A stretch of DNA of 64,000 nt, taken from Myxococcota bacterium. GTDB taxonomy: Bacteria > Myxococcota_A > UBA9042 > PHBI01 > JAWLBL01. This document shows positions 21,356 to 30,494 of this stretch, piece after piece. The notes beneath the pieces were generated by a model that did no database searches, was not told the DNA's origin, and was given only the letters and a program-made list of their open reading frames with translations. Where the stretch lies: NCBI GenBank assembly GCA_041687695.1, contig JAWLBL010000019.1:1-64000 (forward strand). Reading direction: 5' to 3'. The first letter of the stretch is position 1. Every line of letters begins with the position of its first letter. The position numbers were made by a program, and so were the translations under genes.

Positions 21356-21445
21356 GCGCGAGGTGTAGCGGAGGCGAGCGTCACGGACAAGGGGCGTGTG
21401 CCGGCGGCGATCGCGCGGGGCGCGGGGCCGGTGCGCCAGCCTTCG

Positions 21446-21499
21446 AAAAACGAAGACGGTGATCCGAATCGCCCGTCGCTCGATCGGAACACCGTCTTC
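21446..21499 (-). terminator. Rho-independent terminator
   Basis: Long stem with a perfect 10-bp base, followed by G and U5 on the minus strand. Confidence 0.75.
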
Positions 21500-21564
21500 T
21501 CATCATCAGGAGGAACTCATGGAGCCCACCCTCGGAAGGGCCTCGGATGGGCTTCCCACACGCC
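21446..21564 (-). ncRNA. Candidate sigma-54-dependent small RNA (about 119 nt; hairpin, anti-SD linker, terminator hairpin)
   Basis: Lies downstream of a -24/-12 promoter. 5' stem GGAAGCCCATCC/GGGTGGGCTCC, linker ATGAGTTCCTCCTGATGATGA, 3' stem GAAGACGGTG/CACCGTCTTC followed by GTTTTT. Confidence 0.65.
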
Positions 21565-21574
21565 CCCAGAACGA

Positions 21575-21590
21575 AGCAAGGCCCGTGCCA
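21575..21590 (-). promoter_or_regulatory. Sigma-54 (-24/-12) promoter
   Basis: Minus strand TGGCACGGGCCTTGCT matches TGGCACG-N4-TTGCW with exact GG-N10-GC spacing. Confidence 0.85.
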
Positions 21591-21606
21591 GCCCGGCGCG
21601 TATGTG

Positions 21607-21682
21607 CAAGTTGCTGAAATGAAAGGGGCGAGAAGGGTTCGGTGCCGGGCGGCCAGGCCGAGGTGCGACATTCCTGTCACAC
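21607..21682 (-). promoter_or_regulatory. IHF-like site (21607-21619) and palindromic upstream activator site (21663-21682)
   Basis: Minus TTTCAGCAACTTG is one mismatch from WATCARNNNNTTR. GTGCGACA-TTCC-TGTCACAC inverted repeat lies about 100-120 nt upstream of the predicted start. Confidence 0.5.
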
Positions 21683-21831
21683 ATGCGCGTAAGCGCGCTC
21701 GCACCGTCTCAGCGCCTCGGCGCGCGCGGCGCTCGGGGTGCGTCGCGCGGTTCGCAGCCGGGCCCGACCGTCGCGGGCCGCGGCCGATGAAGCCTTGACA
21801 AGGGCTCGGGTGCCGTGACAGCCAGAGACCG

Positions 21832-22938
21832 ATGAGACTCGGCTGGAAGGCAGCGGGTTGGCTCGCGATCGTGCTGGCCCTGGGACACCTGGACGGCACG
21901 TCGGCGGTGGCCGCCGAGAGCGGCGCCCGCGGGCGGACCGTCGTCGTGCGGCCGGGCGACACGCTCAGCGGGATCGCGGCGCGCCACAAGGTGACCATCG
22001 AGCAGCTCGAGGCCTGGAACGCGGGCAAGATCGGAAAGAACGGGCTCATCAAGGCGGGCGATCGGCTGGTCGTGCGCCACAAGCAGCCCGCCGTCATCCC
22101 GGGGGCCGGCTCGGACGAGGCGAAGTCCGCGACGGTGCGCGCGGCGGCCGAAGAGCCCGAGTGGGAGGGCTTCTACGACATCCGGCCCGGCGACACCCTG
22201 GGCCGCATCGCCAAGCGCCTGGGGGTCACGGTCGCCGAGCTCGAGGCCTGGAACGGCCTGCGCCCCGGGCAACCCATCAAGGCCGGCGCGAACCTGCGCT
22301 ACGTGCGGCCCGGCAAGCGCCCGCCGGCGCGGTCACAGGGGCGGCCGACCGCGGGACGGCTGATGCACGGCGTGCACCTGGGGACGGGGGCCGGCTACCG
22401 CCTGCGCTTTCCGAACAACGCGTTCGTCATCCCCCGGGTGCGAAAGACGCTTCGCGCCTGCGCGGCGCAGGTCAAGAAGCGCTTCCCGGGGACCGCCGAC
22501 ATCCTCATCGGCGACATCTCGCGGCCGACGGGCGGCCACTTCCCGCCGCATCAGAGCCACCAGACCGGGCGCGACGTGGACGCCGGGTACTACCTGACGG
22601 GCAACGTCCAGAACGTGACGATGCACCGGGTGTGGCCGCACGACCTCGACTACGCCAAGAACTGGGCGCTCCTCAAGTGCTGGCTCAGCCGCGATCGCGT
22701 CGTCCGCGTCTACATGGACACGGGCATCCAGAAGGCGATGGCCGAGTACGTCCGCAAGCGCAAGCTCGCCTCGGACGAGACCATCGACCGGCTGTTCGAG
22801 GCGGTGAGCCGCGCGCCGAAGCGGGCCCTGGTCAAGCACGCCCCGAACCACGACACGCACGTGCACGTGCGCTTCGCCTGCGATCCCGAGGACTCCGAGT
22901 GCCACGAGGAGGAGACCGACTCCGTCTGGACCTTCTGA
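21832..22938 (+). CDS. LysM-domain penicillin-insensitive murein endopeptidase (MepA-like)
   Basis: Signal peptide; two LysM modules (VRPGDTLSGIA, IRPGDTLGRIA); GDIS...GG...HQSHQTGRDVD and HDTHVHVR Zn motifs. Confidence 0.88.
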   Translation: MRLGWKAAGWLAIVLALGHLDGTSAVAAESGARGRTVVVRPGDTLSGIAARHKVTIEQLEAWNAGKIGKNGLIKAGDRLVVRHKQPAVIPGAGSDEAKSATVRAAAEEPEWEGFYDIRPGDTLGRIAKRLGVTVAELEAWNGLRPGQPIKAGANLRYVRPGKRPPARSQGRPTAGRLMHGVHLGTGAGYRLRFPNNAFVIPRVRKTLRACAAQVKKRFPGTADILIGDISRPTGGHFPPHQSHQTGRDVDAGYYLTGNVQNVTMHRVWPHDLDYAKNWALLKCWLSRDRVVRVYMDTGIQKAMAEYVRKRKLASDETIDRLFEAVSRAPKRALVKHAPNHDTHVHVRFACDPEDSECHEEETDSVWTF

Positions 22939-22962
22939 CGGCCGGCGCGGGCTGACACCCTT

Positions 22963-23772
22963 TCAGGGCCCCGCGGCCGCGGCCGGCGTCGGGTCCTCGG
23001 GCTGCTTGCCGCAGTCGATCGGCTCCTGGACGCACACCTTCTGGGTGCCGGCGTAGCTCTTGTGGTGCTGGACGAAGCACGTGACCTCGTCCCGCCAGGC
23101 GGCGTTCAGCTTGCCCTCGACCTCCATGCGGTTGAAGCAGCCCCACTCGCAGCAGGCGTCCCGCGATCCGTCGGGCCTGATCTTGCACGCGTCGAGGTAC
23201 CCGCAGTAGCTGCGGCACAGGTTCGCCCGGTTCGCGTCGTCGGGATCGTTCGGGCGGATGGTCTTTTCCCAATCGCACAGGGCCGGGTCCACCGGGTCCT
23301 TGCCCTGGAACGACGGCGCCGCGCAGACCTTGATCGCGCCGATGTTCGGGTACAGCTGATCGCCCAGCCAGCGAGGGACGTCGCAGGCCTCCCAGTCCGG
23401 GTTGACGGCGTCGCAGGCGGCCAGATCCGTGCAGCGCGGCACGCAGAACGCGCGCAGCTCGCCGACGAAGGCGGGCGCGTTGGGGTTGGGCAGGTCATCG
23501 AAGCCGACGCAGAGGCTGGCGCCGGCCGCGGCGTCGGGGCCGGCCGGGCAGGCTTCGGCGGTGGCCTCGCAAGGGCGCGTGCAGAAGGGCGTCCCATACG
23601 AGCTGGTCAAGCACACGCCGGCCAGGCAGTCCTCGTCGGCCGAGCAGGGGCCGCCCAGCGGCTGCGGCTGAGCGACCGGGGCGTCGGAGCCGGCGTCGGA
23701 CGGCGGCGGCGAGGGTGCGTCGGACGAGCACCCGACGACGACGAGGGAGGCGAGTAGGGCCAGGCTGCGCAT
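22963..23772 (-). CDS. Cys-rich hypothetical lipoprotein
   Basis: Start MRSLALLASLVVVGC (lipobox); many regularly spaced Cys. Confidence 0.7.
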   Translation of the reverse strand: MRSLALLASLVVVGCSSDAPSPPPSDAGSDAPVAQPQPLGGPCSADEDCLAGVCLTSSYGTPFCTRPCEATAEACPAGPDAAAGASLCVGFDDLPNPNAPAFVGELRAFCVPRCTDLAACDAVNPDWEACDVPRWLGDQLYPNIGAIKVCAAPSFQGKDPVDPALCDWEKTIRPNDPDDANRANLCRSYCGYLDACKIRPDGSRDACCEWGCFNRMEVEGKLNAAWRDEVTCFVQHHKSYAGTQKVCVQEPIDCGKQPEDPTPAAAAGP

Positions 23773-23858
23773 GGCCCAAGCGATGACACGCGGCGCGCCT
23801 CGACGCAAGCGCGGCCGAAGGCGGCCGGGCGTTGTGGATCGTTGGGTGCGGGCGCCGC

Positions 23859-23864
23859 TATACT
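23859..23864 (+). promoter_or_regulatory. -10 box (TATACT) 8 nt before ATG 23873; possible leaderless transcript
   Basis: GCTATACTGCGCGGCCATG with no SD sequence. Confidence 0.45.
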
Positions 23865-23872
23865 GCGCGGCC

Positions 23873-25369
23873 ATGAGCGTGAACCCAGGTCGGAATCTCA
23901 TCGGCGTGTGGGGCGTGGCGGCCGCGGTCCTCGCGGTCGCGGCCTGCGGCGACACCATCACCCTGCTCGAGTGTCCGCCCGGGACCGAGCCGCGCGGGGC
24001 CGAGTGCGTGCCGTGGGGCGCGCCCGACGTCGTGGACGAGCCCGACGGGCCCATCGAGGACGTCGGCGGGCTGCTCGATCTGCCGCTCGCCAAGGACGTC
24101 GCCGACGCCGACCCGGACCCAGGGCCGGCGGACGGCGCCGCGGACTCGACGACGCCCAAGGACACCGCCCCGGAGGTGGACGTCGCGCCGACCCTGGGTG
24201 GCGTGGGCGACGCGTGCGCCAAGGGGTCCGACTGCCTGGACGGGACCTGCCTCGAGTGGGCGGGCGGCTACTGCACGCGCCTGGACTGCAAGGAATCGGG
24301 CTGCCCGGCCGGCAGCCTCTGCATGCCGCTCGAGGGCGGCAACACCGGGTGCATGACCCTGTGCCAGTCCGACGCCCAGTGCCGTCCGGGCGGCGAGCAG
24401 GCCTGCAAGACGGTCCCGGGCCAGGACGGCGCCGGCAAGAGCGTCTGTCACGGCCTCGCGGACGGCGCGGGCGCCATCGGCGCGACCTGTGCCAGCCCGG
24501 CGGACTGCCTCGGACCCGCGACCTGCCTGTCGTTGATGCCGGGAGGCTACTGCGGCGTGCAGCCGTGCGACGCGACGTCGTGCCCGCTCGGGTCGGCCTG
24601 CGTGAAGTACCAGCACAAGCCGACCTGCATGCAGACCTGCGCTTCGGATCTCGAGTGCGAGAGCTCGCCCGACCAGGAGCGGGCCTGCGGCTCTCTGCCG
24701 GACACGGCCAACGTCCCCACCGACGTCTGCCTGTCGGCCACCAAGACCAAGGCCGTCGGCGCCTTCTGTCAGACCAACGTCGAGTGCCAGACGGGGCTGT
24801 GCCAGATCCTGGGCGAGGGGCGCTGCAGCCAGGCCAACACGCCGTGCTTCGGGGACCTGAACTGCCCCGGGCTCCAGTCGTGCCTCATCTCGCTCGAGAA
24901 CAGGGTCGGGATCTGCTCGCAGCAGTGCTCGCTCTCCCTCAAGTGTCCGGGGAACAGCTTCTGCGTGGGGGAGCCGGGCCTGCCGTCGGGTTGGTGCCGC
25001 CCCTCTTGCGAAGGCCTGGGGGATACGGCCTGCCGCCAGCAGGACGGCTTCGAGTGCACGTGGGGCCTGGCCCTCGGGGACACGACCGGAGGGGGTAGGT
25101 ACCTGTGTGCTACGCAGCCCAAGGGGGGCATCGGACAGAGCTGCGAGTCCGCGGACGACTGCGCGACCGGCGAGTGCGCGATCGGGTCGGGGACCTCGAC
25201 CGGGATGTGTCGCGGGCCCTGCAGCGACTACTACTGCCCGTTCCCCGGGTCCTGTGTCGCGGACGCCAGCGGGGGCACCTGCTACAAGGCTTGCGTGGGG
25301 CCCGAAGACTGCGGCCCCGGGTTCAGCTGTCAGCCGATGAGCGGCGCCGTGGGCCAGGTCTGCCAGTAG
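23873..25369 (+). CDS. Cys-rich repeat lipoprotein (GGYC-type repeats)
   Basis: Lipobox VAAC; repeated IG..C....DC...C...GGYC...CP.GS.C modules. Confidence 0.8.
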   Translation: MSVNPGRNLIGVWGVAAAVLAVAACGDTITLLECPPGTEPRGAECVPWGAPDVVDEPDGPIEDVGGLLDLPLAKDVADADPDPGPADGAADSTTPKDTAPEVDVAPTLGGVGDACAKGSDCLDGTCLEWAGGYCTRLDCKESGCPAGSLCMPLEGGNTGCMTLCQSDAQCRPGGEQACKTVPGQDGAGKSVCHGLADGAGAIGATCASPADCLGPATCLSLMPGGYCGVQPCDATSCPLGSACVKYQHKPTCMQTCASDLECESSPDQERACGSLPDTANVPTDVCLSATKTKAVGAFCQTNVECQTGLCQILGEGRCSQANTPCFGDLNCPGLQSCLISLENRVGICSQQCSLSLKCPGNSFCVGEPGLPSGWCRPSCEGLGDTACRQQDGFECTWGLALGDTTGGGRYLCATQPKGGIGQSCESADDCATGECAIGSGTSTGMCRGPCSDYYCPFPGSCVADASGGTCYKACVGPEDCGPGFSCQPMSGAVGQVCQ

Positions 25370-25477
25370 CCCACGCCGGGGGCGCGAGTTGCGGGTGCGC
25401 CTTGTGGCCAGCGAGCGGCACCGCTATGCTCGTCGCCGACCACTCACGCGGCCGATGGTCCAGGGGCGAGGTGTGCG

Positions 25478-27589
<2,112 letters not shown>

Positions 27590-27798
27590 GCGACGAGGCG
27601 GGCGCCGAGCGGCTCGGCGTCCGGACGTGAGGTTACACGCTCGATGGTAAGGACTTGCTGCGACTCGCCGGACCGTGCATCCTTGGCCCAAGCGCAGCAA
27701 CAAGCAGGCATTGACGCTGCGTGGCGCGGCGAGCGCGCGCGACTCGGCCGGTCCGAGGCGCCGAGCGGGGGACAGGCGAGCCTGGAGGGACGGACGGC

Positions 27799-28137
27799 AT
27801 GACCATGGAAACGAAGGGCGGAAAGAAGCTTCCGACGATCAAGCGGTCGGCAGGGGCTTTTCTGTCGGCCGAAGAGGAGCGGATCACGCAGAAGCAGGCG
27901 GACCACCTCGCCGGCTATCTGACGATGGCGGGCAGCGATCTGCCGCAGTCCGGTGACCTGTACGCGCAGCACTGCTCGCACGCGTCGCACGGCTCGCACG
28001 GCTCCCACGGGTCGCACGGCTCCCACGGGTCGCACGGCTCCCACGGGTCGCACGGCTCGCACGGATCCCACGGCTCGCACGGGTCCCACGGGTCACACGG
28101 ATCCCACGGCTCGCACGGGTCGCACGGGAGCTGGTGA
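27799..28137 (+). CDS. His-Xaa-Ser repeat RiPP precursor peptide (HxsA-like), 57-aa leader plus (HxS)18-W core
   Basis: GGAGG upstream of ATG 27799 (alternative ATG 27805); ...DLYAQ-HCS-HAS-(HGS)16-W; directly upstream of radical SAM genes. Confidence 0.88.
   Translation: MTMETKGGKKLPTIKRSAGAFLSAEEERITQKQADHLAGYLTMAGSDLPQSGDLYAQHCSHASHGSHGSHGSHGSHGSHGSHGSHGSHGSHGSHGSHGSHGSHGSHGSHGSW
27970..28131 (+). repeat. 18 x 9-bp coding tandem repeat (mostly CAC-GGN-TCN)
   Basis: 162 bp; the 16 HGS units differ only synonymously (GGC/GGG/GGA; TCG/TCC/TCA/AGC). Confidence 0.95.
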
Positions 28138-28172
28138 GCCCGCGCGGCGCCCCTCGCGGGCGCGAGTAGGCC

Positions 28173-29582
28173 ATGAACCAGCCGCGGACCGAGCAGTTCA
28201 CGACCTGGACCCAGGACTTCGCCGAGCGCCTGAACGCCGCGGCGGGGGCGCTGCTGGGGTTCGATGGGGGCCGGGTCGTGGTCTCGCCGAGGGCGGACGC
28301 GCGCCCCGGGCTGCTCGGGCGGCTGGTCGTGTTCGTCGAGCTGCCGGACGGGGCGTCGGTCGGCCTCGAGCTGAGTGAGGTCGTCCCCGGCCGGTCGACG
28401 TGGCTGTCCCATCACGGGCTCGGCGTGTCCTACCGGCGCGGACGCGACGGCGCCGATCCGATGACGCAGCCGGCCGCGCGACGCTTCCTCGACGGTGTCC
28501 GGCAGCGCGTGACGTCGCTCACGCCCGAAGCGCTGGCCCGGTCGGTGGCCGGGTTCATCCGGGCGCTCGAGGCCGCTGAGCGCGGCCGCGAGGTCGGCGA
28601 CTGGATGTACCGGCAGCTGTCGATGGGCATCGACGGGCACTACGGGACCCTGCGCCTGGGCTTTCGGTGCAACCAGGACTGCGGGTTCTGCTGGCAGTCA
28701 CGCACCTGGCCCGAGCCCGAGCTCGACGTGTTCATGCGGTGGCTGGACGAGATGGCGGCCGCCGGCGTGGGAGAGCTGACCGTCACGGGCGGCGAGCCGA
28801 CCCTGTACAAGGGCCTGCCCCAGCTGCTCGAGCGCGCGATCCGCGTCCACGGGATGCGGGTGCAGCTGCAGACCAACGCGATCCGGCTGCGAAAGGCCGC
28901 GTTCGTGCAGCAGCTGGTCGACACGGGGCTCGAGTGGCTGTTCGTCTCGCTGCACAGCCCGGACCCGACGGTCTCGGACCGGATGACCCGGGCCCCCGGG
29001 ACGTGGCAGGGGACGGTCGCCGGGGTCGAGCAGGCCCTCGCGCACGGGCTGCGCGTGCAGCTCAACTGCGTGGTCGAGCGGGCCAACCTGGCGCAGCTGC
29101 GCGATCACGCCCGGTTCGTCGTCGAGCGCTTCGTCCGGCCCACCCCGAACAACCCGATCGTGTCGGTCACCTACTCGAACCCGTGCTCTTACTACGACGC
29201 GTCGCTGTGGCAGGACGCCGTGGCGCCGCTGGACGAGGTGGGGCCCGAGGTGCGCGCCGCCACGGCGATCCTGGCCGAGGCGGGGGTCGCCGTCGACGTG
29301 GTCGGCTCCTCGTGCGGCTTCCCGCCGTGCGTGTTCCGAGAGGCGCCCGAGTTCATCGTGTGGGCGGACCGCGCCGAGTTCGACACGATGGACGTGTCGG
29401 GGCGCTTCTTCCCGCCCGAGTGCGACGGGTGCGCGGTGCGCGACCGGTGCCTGGGCGTGCGCCGCGAGTACTACGAGCTGCGGGGCGGGGCGGGGCTGCG
29501 GCCGTTCGACAGCGTGCCCGAGGAGGCGCGCGAGCACAGCGCGCTGGGGGCCATGTTCGCGGCCGAGGCCCGGTCGGCGTGA
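28173..29582 (+). CDS. Radical SAM peptide maturase 1 with a roughly 150-aa N-terminal extension
   Basis: CNQDCGFC, TGGEPT, QTN; C-terminal PPC...CDGCAVRDRCLG. Confidence 0.92.
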   Translation: MNQPRTEQFTTWTQDFAERLNAAAGALLGFDGGRVVVSPRADARPGLLGRLVVFVELPDGASVGLELSEVVPGRSTWLSHHGLGVSYRRGRDGADPMTQPAARRFLDGVRQRVTSLTPEALARSVAGFIRALEAAERGREVGDWMYRQLSMGIDGHYGTLRLGFRCNQDCGFCWQSRTWPEPELDVFMRWLDEMAAAGVGELTVTGGEPTLYKGLPQLLERAIRVHGMRVQLQTNAIRLRKAAFVQQLVDTGLEWLFVSLHSPDPTVSDRMTRAPGTWQGTVAGVEQALAHGLRVQLNCVVERANLAQLRDHARFVVERFVRPTPNNPIVSVTYSNPCSYYDASLWQDAVAPLDEVGPEVRAATAILAEAGVAVDVVGSSCGFPPCVFREAPEFIVWADRAEFDTMDVSGRFFPPECDGCAVRDRCLGVRREYYELRGGAGLRPFDSVPEEAREHSALGAMFAAEARSA

Positions 29583-30487
29583 GCGCGCCGGCGTCCCAGG
29601 GGTGGCGCTGGCTGGAGCTGACGCTGGACTACCGGTGCAACCTGCGCTGCGTGGGCTGCCGGGCCTGCGAGGACACCGGCGAGGCCATGGACCTGCGTGA
29701 GATCGCGGGCCGCCTCGAGGCGGGGCGGCGGCAGGGCATCTCGCGGCTGTGGCTGGGCGGCGGCGAGCCGACGCTGCGCGACGACCTGCCGCGAGTGGTC
29801 GCGGCGGCGCGGCGCATGGGGTACCGCGAGGTGCTGGTGCAGACCAACGGGCTGCGCTTGAGCTACGCGCGGTACCTGGACGCGTTGGTCGCGGCCGGGC
29901 TCACCGACGTCAGCGTGAACGTCAAGAGCGCGCAGGCCGACGTCCACGATCGGCTCTCGGGGCGGCCTGGCGCCCTGGCGCTGCTCGAGCAGGGGCTGGA
30001 GGCCGCCCGAGAGCGCGGACTGGCGCTGCACGCCGACGTCCTGCTGACGCGCTCGACGGCGCCGCAGCTGGTCGAGACCGTCGAACGGTTCGCGGCGCTG
30101 GGGGTGACGCGCTTTCTGCTGTGGCTGCTGTCGGCCAGCGACGTCGCCGACGGGGCGGTCGACGCCGAGATGCCGCACCTGTCCGAGGTGGGGCCGCAGG
30201 TGATCCGGGCGGCGGAGCGCGCCGAGGCGCTGGGCGCTCGGCTACGGAGCCTCCACACGCCGCCGTGCGTGCTGGGCGATCGGGCGGACGTGTACCTGCC
30301 CTCGGCCGAGCTTCGGATGCTGGTGGCCAACCCGGGGCAGGCGCCGTTTCCGCTCGAGCGCTCGCCCATGGAGGGAGGGGCCTGGGTGGCGGCCTGCGAG
30401 GCGTGCGCGGCGCGGGCGCGCTGCGGGGGCCCGCGCGCGGACTACCTGGCCCGGTTCGGCGCGGGCGAGCTGGTCGCGATCCGCTGA
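29579..30487 (+). CDS. Radical SAM peptide maturase 2
   Basis: GTG overlapping the upstream TGA; CNLRCVGC, GGGEPT, QTNG; PPC...CEACAARARCGG. Confidence 0.9.
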   Translation: MSAPASQGWRWLELTLDYRCNLRCVGCRACEDTGEAMDLREIAGRLEAGRRQGISRLWLGGGEPTLRDDLPRVVAAARRMGYREVLVQTNGLRLSYARYLDALVAAGLTDVSVNVKSAQADVHDRLSGRPGALALLEQGLEAARERGLALHADVLLTRSTAPQLVETVERFAALGVTRFLLWLLSASDVADGAVDAEMPHLSEVGPQVIRAAERAEALGARLRSLHTPPCVLGDRADVYLPSAELRMLVANPGQAPFPLERSPMEGGAWVAACEACAARARCGGPRADYLARFGAGELVAIR

Positions 30488-30494
30488 GCGGGGG

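Noticed and set aside
27645..27659. TGGTAAGGACTTGCT as a sigma-54 promoter for the precursor
   Set aside because: GG-to-GC spacing is 9 nt rather than the required 10.
27970..28131. Possible CRISPR array or non-coding VNTR
   Set aside because: 9-bp period with no spacers, coding-type variation, and no cas genes in the window.
27915..28640. Minus-strand ORF with PCD/PWE repeats, and other frames over the 9-bp repeat
   Set aside because: Shadow of the HGS repeat. Variation is synonymous only in the plus-strand HxS frame, which also has an RBS and operon context.
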